A stretch of 64,000 nucleotides of DNA from Balanoglossus misakiensis (Eukaryota; Animalia; Hemichordata), in assembly GCA_040954595.2 (NCBI GenBank), contig CM082577.2:6188301-6252300 (forward strand). Direction: 5' to 3'. Shown here one piece after another: positions 41,401 through 54,996 of this stretch (its first letter is position 1; the number at the start of each line of letters is the position of its first letter). The translations under genes and the position numbers were made by a program. A model generated the notes under the pieces. It did no database searches, was not told the DNA's origin, and saw only the letters and a program-made list of their open reading frames with translations.

Positions 41401-44400
41401 CTTACAGGCAACACGAATCTCAGCCACTTTGCTGAGAACAGATCCAACCTCGTTCTGAACCACGCACTGGTAATCGCCGGCGTCGGATCTCTGAATCCTG
41501 GATATCTGGTGGAATCCCGTGTCCATCAAATCTGTTATGAAGACGTCGTCTTTCTTCCACCTGTATTTCAAGTTCGAGCCGTAGGCGCTGCATGATAGAC
41601 TCTCCCTGTTGCCTTCGAATAGGATGTTGTCGCTAGGGTGGGTCACGATGTGCGGAGCAACCACGGCTGAAACGCAATAAATATCGAGTATGGTCAAATG
41701 ACTTGAAATCAAAGTCTTGCTAGTTACATTCAAAAGCTGAATGACTCTTTAGTCTGTGCATCATGCTTGGTGAGGGAATCGCATGCAATTCAAAATTCTC
41801 AAGTGCATTATATTTGGTTTGAAAAAAAACAGCCCCCAGACAGAGGTAGACAATAGATGTCAGTATTGTATTAAAATCAGACATATTTTTTAATTTAAGT
41901 CACTGAATACTTTATGCAACCAGGTAATTTATGCACACAGGTTAAGTTCTGAAGCTTGCTCCAGTCCACTGTTTGTCACTTTTTATTTGAGCGTGTTCTG
42001 ACTTTTGTACCCTTTCACCCCTCATGACCAAGTGCATGGTCCAACTGACACCAGTGAAAACAATGAGGGTTAAACCAAACTGGAGATGAGAGGGTGGAAA
42101 GGTGTACATTTCTTCGTGAGGAATCAAAGCTGTTGGCACTACAGGTACAGTCACTATCTCTTGACAAATTTTTGGACATTTTCGTTTTATGTGAGAAGTT
42201 ATTCGTGTTGTTTTGCTTACATTCTGAATCATTGTTGTCACAGCTGACCCCACCCTTCTTGCATGACACATGCATTTGAACATATGGAGTATACTAAAAA
42301 TTATGATACCATCAACAGGGCACTTTCATGCTATGATTGTGCATAGCATGTGTGTCAAGCTCTGACACTCAATGACTTTCAGTGAGCAGAAAACGATTCA
42401 ACTGTTCATGTCAACGCATTGCCAAAATATAGTGACTCTGTAACTCTGTAGTGTAATAACAACTCTCCTATGACCAGGCTTTTACTTGAGCTGCATGCAT
42501 GAAGTTCTGGCCAGAGTGAAAATTGTTTGAAATTTTAATTTTCTTTCACAAGCAACAGGTTACTGAGTTAACTCCTCAGGAAAAGAAAGTATTCTGAAAT
42601 CTTCACACAAGAATCAAAATATTTAATGTCCAATAGCCATTACACTGTAAGAATATATATGTGACCAGTTATTTCACAGAAACATGATCACTCATAAAGG
42701 TGACTATTGTTAGACACACACAAAAATACTTTTAACAAAGATCAGCCTTGACATTTGATGGTTAATGAGCAGTTGCACTTAAAAACTGTGTCTTATTTTA
42801 CTCACTCACTTTACTTAACTTGGCAATGACCTTCTTACATGTACATATAATATTTACCAAGAAACACAGCACTTTAGTCAAAAATTTGTGAGAACATGAC
42901 CCCCCAAGAACAACAACAAAATTTGGTTAAATAGAGGGGTCACTGCAATTCTTGCAGTAACATCATGTTACAGATAAACCATCAGTATCCCCATAGCCAT
43001 GCACAATTTGTTATCTCTATCCATGCTTTGTGAGCGTCATTTCAACCATTAATTACCAACCACAGAAGGCAGTGTTGAAAGGCGAAAGCTTTATTTATCA
43101 CAGCATTCCTTTAAAAGACTTTGAAAATTACAAAGGCAAATTAATATTCCAGATACCGTTATGCATTTATATTGCAGTTACCTTTTCAATTTTTGCTATT
43201 ATTAGGCATTAGCAGCAGATGAGTCAGAAATCCTGGTGAAACGTTACCCGCCCATGGAAGAAGCTCGATATATGAGGACATTGTTTTATGGATGTTTCAT
43301 TAGTCATGGTGAAAATTACAAGATGATAAAACAGAGCAAAACGATGGGTGTGGTTCCACACACACGCACATACACACCAAAAGAGAGTAACAGATGAGAA
43401 GACAAAGGATTGTATGAGTGAGAAGATGACGAAAATTAATTCAGGATATAAATTTTGGACAGCTGTTTATTTATTTATTTGTTTGTTTTTTCTCAAATGT
43501 GGATTGTCATATCCGTATTGGGATGACTCTTGGCACACAAGCGCAGTGATGCAACACTTAATGTTTTTTTTTTCATCTTCCATTTATAACTGTACATTTC
43601 AATGACAAACCATTCCATAAGGTTTTTCTTTAATTAAAAAGTGTTTTCAATGACAGAAGAACTGTTGTTCAGGTGGAAAAATTTGTTTCAGAACACTTTT
43701 ATCACATTTCTGTGTGAGGTTCATTGCATCAGTGAACTCAGTGCATGGCATAAAAGCCGATTAGGGCTCAGGGTTCGAACATGTCCCTTGGGGTTAGTCC
43801 TCAATGACATCTGTGCTTTAAAAAGGAAACTTGATACGTTTTATATCTTACCATCATACCAGTCTGCCCACACAATACATCCACAAGAACACAAGAAAGA
43901 TCAGGGTATAGGAGATAAGGGAACGGAGAGAGAAAGAGAGAAAGAGAGAGAGAAAAAAGGGGAAAGAAAGAAAAAACATGACTAAAGTGACTATAACATC
44001 AAAACATGTACAAACATATATGCTGTAAAAATAATAATATGTTTAAACCACTGCACTGGTATTGGTAAAATTTGAATAACATCTACAGAACTGGGTATAA
44101 TTTTGATCATATGGAATGATGCATAATCAGAGAGATGTATGTGTATTGCACGATATAAAACATCTTGAATGATGAAAAGTTTGGTAACACTCCTAGGACC
44201 CTGTCATCTATGTCAGTATGTGTGATGGTGGCATTAAATTCACTGTTGTAAACATTCAGGTTTGACTGGCCAGTGAACCATAGCTGTAGGGTAAAATGGA
44301 GGCCCCCAGTGAACCCAATCGAGTTGAAATAGTTTCAGTATGAGCCGGACATGGCAAGAATGACTGTTATTCTTCAGCTGCTGTTTGTTTTATTGTTTTG

Positions 44401-47400
44401 ACCGTTCGCAAGCATCATTACACCGATCTGGCGGACGCTCCACTTTGACAGCTGAGTGATAATAAAGCCAGTCGGACCTTGTATCAGTATGGCATGGTAA
44501 CTCGAAACTCGGCACTTGGAAACTGTACCGAAGTTGAAAATACACACAAAGTGGACCTTTGACCCCAGGGGCCTGGAGCTCCAAGCACATCACAGTGTAC
44601 TTGTATCTCATCACTTGCGCTGAAAATAGAATCATCATTTCTGAAATTTCTGAATGATGAAATCACCAACCTATAATGGTCACTTAAACATTTCACGTAA
44701 CATGGGAACTAGCAATTGTGGATAACATCTGCAATTAACTTACTGTTCCATACATGTATACATTGGATCTCTATGGGGCTCTAAACACATCTTTGATGAT
44801 AGAAAACAAAAAGCATTAATGCTGCCCACATTCGATTTATCTAAACTAAATTAACCAAACTTCACAAATTTTCCATAAGTACACATCATCTACAAACTAT
44901 AATTTCTAAATAAACATCACTTTGATAATTTCAAATGTCACCACTGAAGTTTGTTTCGTTTTGACGTTTCTCACCAAAAAGAAACATTTGAGAATTTGCA
45001 CAGTAGTTTACTTGCGGATTGATGTGGCACGTGGGAACGCACTGAAGATTTCTGTGTCTGGTACCGTGTGTGTCAGCACTTGCAATTTGGATACCTGTCG
45101 TCACTTGCATGTTGACGCAGGGGGTGGTGTTTATTTCATCTGCAGTGCGTTTCAGTGCAGGATCGGTACAATTTTACCCAACAATGGAACGCTGTGCAAA
45201 CATGAAAGTGAACTCAACAACACCAGGGTGAGACCTGCGTGCAGGAGTGAGACACAATATAAATATTGATGTGGACTCGCAGGTCCGGTTGAAAGAAAGC
45301 CACCCTAACAGGCATCCTTGGTTGGGGTTAACAAAACACTTCATCTTCATTACGAAGCAGTTTCTGACAAAGGCAAGGTATTACCGTACCCGACCACTGA
45401 GTTCTTATCTGTTGGCTAATCTTTCCTCCTGGAGGCCTGGACAGCGTGTATAACACATTCTAAGTTTTGATGGTGGTGGGTGTAACCATTACCTGTACAG
45501 CAAACCAACACCATGCACGCAACATCAGTAAAAGCAGGATTGCTACTTTCATCTCCTAACCCTCACAATCAACAGTGAATTGGGGAGGTGGATTCTTAAT
45601 CAAGGGGGTGTTCTCCTGACCTGCAATTAACAATGAATTGCAGTAGCCAGTACTTGTCAATCACTGCCCCCCCCCCCCCCCCCCAACAGTACATGGTCTG
45701 AATACACAAGCAGAGTCAAAGAGGGAAAGTGAATTCCAATTTACAACATCACAAATAATAATCAAGGGAGTGTTTGAGCAGTCAATAAAGCAGTTACATG
45801 TATTGACTTATTGACTCTGGGTGAGGCTGGCATGACGCCCACAGTCATCATTTACTGTGTCTGTATCCGATGCGTGAGAGTGAGAGAAGGGTGAGCTGCC
45901 AGGTACTGGTCCCTTCCATCCAAGAATTCTTTTCAAAGTTTAACTCTCACTCTGGTTTGTCTTAGCAGGCGTTGAAATTCCCATAGTGCATAAAATCTAT
46001 TGGGTTGGGCAATGCCACAGCTGTTTAATACAATTACCATGAAAACTGACAGCAAGTATTCCAATCTTGCTTTGTGCATGTTTACATGTATAGTCAAAAC
46101 CGATTCTAGCAATTTCTGGCTCTGGTTTTGCTGAGTCGGCAAACACAAAGATGAACTCGGGACTCTGGTGCACATGACAGACTAAAAATTTGTTGCTTTA
46201 CCAGTGGAATCTGGTCTTTGAATGCCCGGAATTTTGTTCCTATTGTTAGCCAATCATATTCTCTTTCATCTTTTTTTCAATCAGTGGCCGTCAGCAGTAC
46301 ATCGGACCCTTGTTGGCCCCTCTAGCTGTTTTGAGTGGAAACCCGAGCTTTCAAAGGTAGCTCACTCTCTATTCACACACGCAGTCGGGGGATTCTGTTT
46401 TGGGAAAGCTGAGTGTTGTTCGACGACGGCTGAATGTATTTACAGCTAAGTGGATGTTGCGGCTAACACCCCGCTGCAGTGAAAACACAGCCAATGATAA
46501 TCTTATTCTCCGCTGTTTCACATCTGCTAAAAAAATTCAACGCAATAAAATCACAAGACTCTCACTTGAAAGTCACTTTGTAAATTCACCGTTCACTGGC
46601 TCAATTCACTTGTTTGATTGCTTCTTGACATGAAAAACATGACAGAACAGACAGCTCACAACAAACTCTTTAATTTCCTTCAACTATGGACTGACTTGTT
46701 CTGTTGCAAACACTTAGCATAAAAGCCATGGTTGCACATTCTGTCAAAAAATTGCACTAAGACTTCACAATCTCTGCATTTAATATTGTTAATGACTATA
46801 CGTGCCATAAAACCTGCCCTGGCAAAAGAATGTCACATACTTCTACAAAACGGCTCTAAATCACGCACACAACAGTCTTTACAAAAATTGTGTATCCGGC
46901 CTTTGTTATGAACAGTTTCTAATTGTGCACAGACAAAAGCCCGTACCTGGTAGGGTCTTTTTCTTCCACGGGTGACACAGATTCCCTAAATACATTCCAA
47001 TCCTTTGTCTGCAGAACCATATCATTGGCATACAATGCACAACTTGTTTACATCATTTTTGAGGCACCAACCCGTGGCTATGAAGATTTTCTGGCTTCAC
47101 AAAAGTGTCATGGCACACGATACACAATACAAGAAAGTGGGCCGGGGTGCTGCTTTCTTCAGTTTTGTGGGACCGTAAAGGTGCATGAGGTCATCTTTGT
47201 ACTTAGAGAGTAAAATCTCCCCCTGTACCCTTCGATATTAAATTCAACCACAGTTACCACGGAAAGGAGAAATTTTGTCCCATCGAAAACCAACCCTGCA
47301 GGCCTTGGTTGGAGATGTGTACCACTATCAGCCTCAGTGTCTTGGGACAAAGGGCTATACAATAAGACTACAAGTGTAATACCTGCAAGCTTAGCTATAA

Positions 47401-50400
47401 ATGCAGATAAAATACTGCCACTCTAATCTTCAAAGTACTTCATTATAGTCTGGGGATATGATAATGGAGGACCACTTTGGTGTTGAATGTGATTGGGTCA
47501 TGTAGAGGTCACTGCATGTATTTCTCACGATCGGACACCTCAATGATTCCTCCCCAACTGTTTCCTAGACTAGAGAATCAGACATACATGAACCCTATTC
47601 TCATTCTTATCACGAAAACATCAAAACGAATGCACTGTCATGGCAACAAGCCATAAATTTAGACACGAAAGTACCTCTTCAAATGTGTTCCACCGGACAC
47701 AGTAAAACTGCAATGTCTTCAAAGGTGTTCTGATTTCTTATAAAGACACATGAATTAATATTTTTCCATCTCACTAACAATCACATTCTGGTAAAACGTA
47801 TTCCCTGGGTTGCACTCTGTCAGTTAACTCAGCCACGGGGAATGATATGCCAGTAATTTGATAGTTTTTGATGACGTTCCACGGTCTGCAATATAAATCA
47901 CATTTCTGACATACTTCTGAACAGACACACATAGAGACATCTTCCACTCGACTGCAATTATCAAATGTTTTTCGTCTCTGCTAGGAAGCCCATCGATCAG
48001 GCACTGACAGAGCATGCAGAGGGGTCGGGTCAAGTCAAACGACAGCCCCCACTGTGGGTAAATTATGACAGATTTCCTTTCAGAAGAGAATGCGAGAAAC
48101 CCAGCGTCAGCAAGACCCAGCACAAGGATCCCAACACAACAACTTACGTGGATCCACTAAATGTAAACAATGCCACAGAAATCTCCTTTCAGAGCTTTAG
48201 TAAATACCTCAACAGTTGGGAATTTACAATTGCATACCCTTCAGTTGTCCCTGACACACAGCTCCCCTATACATGATGTTCAGTGTAAACTGTCAACAGA
48301 AACCGGGAAACATCAGAATTCAAAATCATAGTGATCCGAGATAACCGTTCCATTGTTCGGTGGAGGGAATGAGAATTTATTGATTTTCTTTCTTTTATCG
48401 GCATGTACTGACATACACCAACCTTTTGAGAGACCAACACCCATGGAATTTCAGGGCTCACCCCCCAGAACATCATTCATGGCAAGTTATTCCCGCACGT
48501 TTGTAAATCTGTCACAGGCTCAGAGAGTATTCCAAGTGCACTTTTGACCCTTGGTCTATATATAAAAGTCATGTTCGTGATGTAGAAAGTGGGATTTGCA
48601 AGAGGTAGAGTGTGATGTATGGTACAGAAAAAAAAATACAATAACCAATATTTGCATCTGAACTGAACAGCTTTAACCGTACCACACATGGGTCAGGATG
48701 ATTTATCAGGCTTTCCAAATTCCTCACTGGATATTTTCACCATGCATCCATGAAAACAACTGAAATTTACCCAATTAACAGCTGTGCTCAGATATTTTCA
48801 ATGCCAAGCACGGGCATTGCAGAGAAAAAATGGCCCTGAATCATTAATCAAAAATTGCGAGTCCAAGAGAACTAATGAAACAAAAACAGGACAGGAAGAC
48901 CTCATTTTCAACCACCTCACACATTCATCCCGTTCATTATACAGCCGAAATTATGAAAGGTCGCCGATTCAATATGTGATCTAGACGTCCTGTGTGCACT
49001 GAACACACGATGTGTTTATCTAACACAAACAACAGAACCTCTCATAAAAGAGATGCGGTATCATTAGACTAATTACAGATGGTAGTCTGGAAACACGCTC
49101 CCCCTCAGAGAGAGTTGTTTACTTGGTATTTGAAACTTTATTCTCTTGTAACACGGATGTCAAAGTTTAATCTCAAAGTGTATACGCTTTATGTTGAGAG
49201 TGTACCCAAGTAAACAACTCTCTCTGAGGGGGAGCGTGTTTCCAGACTACCATCTGTAATTAGTCTAATGATACCGCATCTCTTTTATGAGAGGTTCTGT
49301 TGTTTGTGTTAGATAAACACATCGTGTGTTCAGTGCACACAGGACGTCTAGATCACATATTGAATCGGCGACCTTTCATAATTTCGGCTGTATTTCCTAT
49401 TCAAGGGGCATTACCACCAGGGCAGACTGCAATGGGTAATTACAGTTGACTATTGTGTTGGATTTTCTCGAATGAAAGTCAAGTTAATCCATGCATGTAT
49501 TCAAACAGTTAATTCCTCTTCAGACTACAACGTCAATATTTAATTCAGTATTCCAGTCAGAAAGTCACTTGTAAAATAATCCAGGAGGTGAAATTTCAAT
49601 ATCTGTTCTCCATCAATAATATTCTACAAATCATCATCAAACAGACAATTGTGAAATACATCCTTTTACATATCCAGGTCACTTTTACCAGGGTTTACCA
49701 CAATCAGATTACCAGCGACATCAATTTTGAGAACGCAAAGCAACTAGCTCTTCTCGTAAATCACCATTTCACTTTTAAAAAGGGGGGCACTGTCGAATCA
49801 GCACTTTCACAGCCACAAGGCAGCTATTTACCACCACAACTAGGCTTTTTCTCCATTTACAATTTTATCAATGGCCTTCGACGGGGCAACAATAGGGTCA
49901 CCTTCAACAGAGGTCACTTTGACTGACCCACCCTTGGCCTTGTTTTCAACGTCTATTCTACTCTGTGTCCATCGACACTGTTGCCACAGGAGTGATTCCC
50001 ACACTGCCAGACTTCACAACTCGACTCCCACTTTTAATTTGCTATTTTCCGGTTTTGGTGCTTGTGTTTTTATGAGCAGCGGAACACTACTCATGCAATT
50101 TGTAAATTATTCTGTTTTCAACAGTGCCTGGAAATGGAGTATCCTGATATGTACACTGCTGTGTTACTATGAAATATGAAACGCTAAAGCTGCACATTAA
50201 TTTTATGTTTCCGCTACTAAATTCAAACGCCTAGAGTACCTACATACCATTTTTCTTCTTATTCAAACAGGCTGCCTTTTATTTTTCTCACAATGTGCAT
50301 TTAAAAGAATATCTAACCTCAGCAAATTACTCATGTTTGGAAAATGTCATTGCAGAGAGGTTACGGCCATAACTCATGACCATCAAAGATAACAGGACCT

Positions 50401-53286
50401 TTTCCCTAGGTCTGCAACAGCTTTTGTTTTTATTTTATCAAAGCATTTATGTACTCAAAAACAAATCTCACCTTGATGAAACCAAAGAATAATTTGCATG
50501 ATACATATGTGCGTATATTACCCTGTATGTGTATGTGCTCGGATCAATTAATATTACATACACAATGATCGCATTGTACTTATGAATTACGATAATTACT
50601 CATAGATAAACTCCTGCTATTAAGATGTTGAATTGTCTCATCAATTCTGTTCATTAGCTTTCTGCACGAGAAAGGGTCAGTTAGTACCAATCCGAGCAGC
50701 ATAAGCCACAGTGATTATGAATGAATACCCAAAAGTGCAGTAGACTGCAGCCAAACTAAACATTTCAATGATGACTTACTTTTTGTTACATACAAACTAA
50801 CATGCCCCAGGCATTGAATCATTAGGTTCTTGGGATACAAAAGAAAAGTATGGAATCATTTAGTGGGCTGTTTCTATAAACAAACTGCTAGTATCAACAC
50901 AGTATGGAGTACTTTATAATAATATTGGTAAATAGGGCAGATATAACTGGGAAAACCAAGCCAAGCTGTTTTCACAGAATTTCAGCAGAAGTCCAACTCA
51001 ATCAGAATCAAATTTGGCACACAAAGATATTGGATGTCCTTGTGTGCAAAATAATGATTACAAACAAGCAGGAAAACAAAATCTCCCAATGTCTCATCAC
51101 TCGTCAGAAATTGCACAATGGAATGAAAATGTTCAGCTTGACTACGATTCTCCTGTATTTGATCCAGGCAGAGGCGTTTGGTATAATTATAAATACATTA
51201 CTGCTTCAAAACAGGCCAACTGGGGAGTCATATACATAAAGTTTACTCCCATGAAATACTTTGTTAGTATATTGGGAACTATGATTTAGCACAATGATCT
51301 ACACCATGTATTTGGGCTAACACTGGGGGTTTACAGACACTGGTAACCACCACATATGAACATCTGGAGACGATGTCCAACCATCAGGGCGACCTGGAAG
51401 GAAGTCAAGACGTTTTCCTTCCCACATATCCACAGCACAGTATTCCGTATGACTCAGTGGCTGTGACATGTACAGTCCCTGGTCTACACATGCTGTGCTG
51501 CCGACATGGATTCATTAACAGATCATCAAATGTATCACATTCTCTAACATGGGACAAGTGGTATGGAACAGTCACCCTTGATAGCGCAAGTCCCGGGGCC
51601 CAAATCGCTCTTGATTCTTCACATAAAACTGACCAGAGAGAATCTGCTCACTAGACACATTTCTGGGCTAGCTCTGTAAACAGTCGTCATTTCAAAAACA
51701 GTACATATATAAACGATATGATTGTACATAAATTGACCTTGATTTTCAACTGCATCAATGGATATGTACACAAGATGTTCATCTAAATCTGGCATTGTGG
51801 AGGCCATCTGTCAATGCCTAACATGGGTGCACTTACAGAAAATAATAAAGGGAAACAACAGTGAAATAAACAATGGTAAATCAACCATGTGTATGAACAT
51901 TTTTTGTACAACCGTTACCTTGGATTAAAGTTGAAATAGAACAATATTGTTGCCTTTATAACTACATGTACATTGCATTTCAAAACCCTGCTGGTAGTCT
52001 GTTGTCAGGCGACACTCAAAACAAACTGGTTGAGTAACATAATTCTGTGTGTCAGTGTGTGACACATAAAAATGCATATTTTGATCACTGAAAAAAATTA
52101 ACACATCGACTTTGCCTACATGTAGGTTTTAGTTGTATGGCTGCTGGCTGATGACCTTATATCACTTTCAATCCAAGGTCAAAGCAGCACTGGAATGTCA
52201 ACTTCAAAATCTCATCAGACTCTCCCAAGAACAAACGCTCTTTTAGCTCGCTCACCCATAAACAGATCCCTCTGGTTCTAATCATGAAAATTATTTGATC
52301 ACCACACTGTTGAAACCGACCAATGAACAATTATCAACTGAAATATGCCGTGAACATAAATCTCTTTCACAAATAATTTAAACGCTGCAACTCTTCAATT
52401 CAATGTAATTAATTTGCCTGACACAATGCAGTCTATTGAATTACAAGTTCCATACATATTTTTTATCTGGAAATTAATATCTGACCATATCAAATTACGG
52501 AGTTGCTGTCTAGCTTAAAATGTGTAGATGTTAGTGTTGGTCTGACAGCTGATCAGTGGGGGTATGCCTAAATTTGCTAAAGCAAACATGTTTATAAGTC
52601 GTTGTTACAACACTTTAAGTGATCATGCCGTACTTGTTTGATAATTGAGTAACTGATCACAGGTGTTTTCCCTGGTGTCTGGGTAATTCATCCTTTTTAT
52701 CTGATAAAACTTGGATAGAGCACTGTTATGACCTGAACCCGTAATCACCATGTCCGCATCTTTACTGTGAGATGAGAATTTTGGAAGTTGCAATGAGAAC
52801 CGTACAAAGGGATAGACAACGCACCCCAAGTCCAAAAGGCATATCTATGGCCCCTGACCTCTGTCAGTACATGTTTGTTTGACGAGAGCCCTTGTAAAAT
52901 TCGACGATGAGGTTTGATAGATCACATCTCTGGGGCAACCGACGAAGGTGTGGTTCCATCCCTTCGTTCTCAATGCAAAGATTCCCAAGTGAAATTCAAA
53001 TCACGCGAATATTTCGTCATGATTATGAATTTGTAAATACACAGTGATATAAATGTATAGTGAACTGAATATAAAACAATTTAAAAAAAATATTGCGATC
53101 GGCTATTTTCCGATTGCACACTGCGACTACTGGTACATACATAGTCAACGAAGACATCTTCCTAATTAAATGGTAGTTTTTTAGCTACTTACTTGCACCG
53201 TGTACTGTAGTCCACAACACGCTGAAAAACAGTACGATCGCGTACGAACACAATGTAGTTTGATTCACAATAATGCTGGTCGCCAT
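23463..53286 (-). CDS. SDK: Sidekick cell-adhesion molecule (6 Ig + 13 FN3 + TM + cytoplasmic tail)
   Basis: Signal-peptide exon 53286-53193 joins in phase 1 to 41666. Ig exons ~41666-35067; 13 FN3 repeats counted over ~34672-24854; TM exon ~24665-24540; tail with PPRPSP, SFVNHY and C-terminal GFSSFV PDZ-binding motif, diagnostic of Sidekick. Confidence 0.95.
26847..26914. repeat. 28-bp tandem repeat (~2.4 copies) in an SDK intron
   Basis: AATATCTTAGAAACAAA(T/C)ATAAAATTTA repeated. Confidence 0.85.
28372..28430. repeat. Dispersed repeat fragment with an inverted copy at ~32672-32722
   Basis: TAATTTACATATGCCCATATACGGTTAAAGGGG versus CCCTTTTAACCATATATGGGCATATGTAAATTTAAGG. Confidence 0.7.
35893..35981. 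mobile_element. Degenerate copy of the piggyBac-like MITE
   Basis: CTTTCACCCC...TCCAAC...AAAACAATGGATTTGGACCAAACCAT...GAGGGTTAA; same order of motifs as 6764-6856. Confidence 0.6.
38196..38294. mobile_element. Degenerate copy of the piggyBac-like MITE
   Basis: TTAACCGTTCACCCCC...AACAATG..TTGGATCAAACCAT..GGTGAAAAGGGTCAA. Confidence 0.6.
38615..38693. repeat. 39-bp tandem duplication in an SDK intron
   Basis: AAACATC(A/T)TTTGTTATTGTTTTATTATTTCAATTCACAT twice. Confidence 0.9.
42010..42095. mobile_element. Degenerate copy of the piggyBac-like MITE
   Basis: CCCTTTCACCCC...GGTCCAAC...GAAAACAATG...AAACCAAAC...GAGAGGGT. Confidence 0.5.
48942..49390. mobile_element. 449-bp Tc1/mariner-type MITE or foldback with 185-bp inverted arms
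   Basis: 48942-49126 is the reverse complement of 49206-49390 (no mismatch seen by eye); 79-bp spacer; CAG...CTG termini; TA on both sides. Confidence 0.85.
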
Positions 53287-53763
53287 TTTGACGGGGAAAC
53301 AAAAATAAACGCACGCTTTCTGCTGATTATTGCAGGAGTAACGATATAGCTTGCACGGAAAATAATGCAAAAGTCTCGAAGAACGGGTTGCCGATATTGC
53401 AAGGACTTAGTTCATATTCGCCGGAACAGTATCTTCCTCAGTGTCGCCTCGTCATCTACGATCGTAAACAACATTTCCAGGCGTCGCTCTCTCTCAGCTG
53501 ACGATGATCCGAAGTGTACACACTCACTCACGGCTCGCGTTTCGCTCTCTCGTTCACTGGGCCACAAATCAAACAAGCGAGTTAAAAATTAACCCAAAAG
53601 TGATAGTTTCCTGTAATCGCTCGCTTCCAAGACTCTCCACAGTCCCCGGCGTCCGATAGCAGCGGTAAAATGTCGATTTTCAGTGAAAGTTGTTCAAATC
53701 GCACCTACATTCACTGGACTCAAATATACGTACTACGATAGGAAAGGGAGTGGGGTTGAATAA

Positions 53764-53796
53764 GGTCACGTGACCCAACTTTGAGGACATGATTGG
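53764..53796. promoter_or_regulatory. Putative SDK promoter elements: extended E-box and CCAAT
   Basis: Palindrome GGTCACGTGACC at 53764-75 and GATTGG at ~53791, ~480 bp upstream of the SDK ATG in CpG-rich DNA. Confidence 0.5.
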
Positions 53797-54643
53797 CTGG
53801 CCGCGTTTAAAAAGATTGCCACCGACGCTTTCCAGTAAATGAGTAAAGATTTGCTTTCATTATCCGCTTAGGATGAGTTCCGGCCAGGAAAGGGATCGTG
53901 CTACTGTAAAACTATTTGTTATATAGAAATTGCAGTATTTCTAAGATAGACGACTATAAGTCATGGTGCACCCCAAGAACTTGCGCATATTTTTTCTCTA
54001 ATAAATCTAGGCCAAAATTAATTTTAAAAAGTTGTAATAAAATGATTATTGTTAGCAAAAAGTATGGGGCCTATATTATCAACTTACCCAAGAATGTTTG
54101 TTTTAAATTTAGAAAATTCCCCAAATCGTGTTTTCTTCTTTCACAAATATCCGTACATGAATGAACAGACCTGAAAAATTGACCGGACGCGTGAGCTGAG
54201 AACTCTCACAATGTTGATCACCAAACGTTTTTACAAGATTCAACACTTGGTGGCGCTCGAGTTCGATCCTGTTGGTCACCCCCCCCCCCCCCCCTCCCCG
54301 GTCGTCATTGCAAAATTGCACGAGCGAATTCTGGTTGTGGAAAGTCTTAATTTTGTGATGACGACCACGATGACGGTGACGATGACGATGACTATCTCCA
54401 GGGCCAATGTTGTTCGTGAAGTCAGAAATCATTATTTAGTTACAGAAAATATGAAAAATCAATCGTAGAAATTGGTCCCATCTTTTCCAAAGACGGTAGA
54501 TAAGCCCGTCCAAGAATCGTGGGCATTCATGTATAATTATATTGAAAAGAAAAATTTAATTCCAGTTAAAAAAAAAAACAGTGCAAAGAAACGCAATACA
54601 CCTTGCTGTCATTCCAGACAATCAAAACGCACATATTCCTATT

Positions 54644-54650
54644 AAAAAAA
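54644..54650 (-). terminator. Pol III terminator (T7) of the tRNA-Asp gene
   Basis: A7 on the + strand, 3 nt past the tRNA 3' end. Confidence 0.85.
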
Positions 54651-54653
54651 TCT

Positions 54654-54725
54654 CTCCCCGACGGGGAATTGAACCCCGGTCTTCCGCGTGACAGGCGGAG
54701 ATACTCACCACTATACTATCGAGGA
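54654..54725 (-). tRNA. trnD-GTC: tRNA-Asp (GTC), 72 nt
   Basis: Minus strand TCCTCGATAGTATAGTGGTGAGTATCTCCGCCTGTCACGCGGAAGACCGGGGTTCAATTCCCCGTCGGGGAG; acceptor, anticodon and T stems pair; A and B boxes present. Confidence 0.97.
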
Positions 54726-54825
54726 CAAGTTATATGTTACGTCTTATGCGAAACTTACAAGTTGTAAGCTTTGCATTTGAGCTCCGTATCATATGCTAAT
54801 ACCTACGGTTACTCGATGGAAAATA

Positions 54826-54978
54826 CTGTAAAACACTTTATTTTCGCGAGTTAAATTTTTTGCGATATCGAGAGAGGCCACTTCAAAAACAATTTACGCG
54901 TCTTTTTATTTTCACGCTATTTTGGCTCTCGCGTATTTGGCGAAAATTAATTGCTCGCGAAAATAAAGTGTTTTACAG
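54826..54978. mobile_element. 153-bp MITE with TA target duplication, inside a partial repeat unit
   Basis: 25-bp TIR CTGTAAAACACTTTATTTTCGCGAG and CTCGCGAAAATAAAGTGTTTTACAG; TA on both sides; flanks rejoin to match the array unit. Confidence 0.9.
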
Positions 54979-54996
54979 TAGTTACGGACCTCATTT

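Noticed and set aside
45933-46175. Minus-strand ORF with a signal-peptide-like stretch ([25 protein letters not shown]) in SDK intron 1, as an alternative first exon
   Set aside because: The only donor-like site I saw (AGA|GTGAGA) is phase 0, whereas exon 41666 needs phase 1; no other support.
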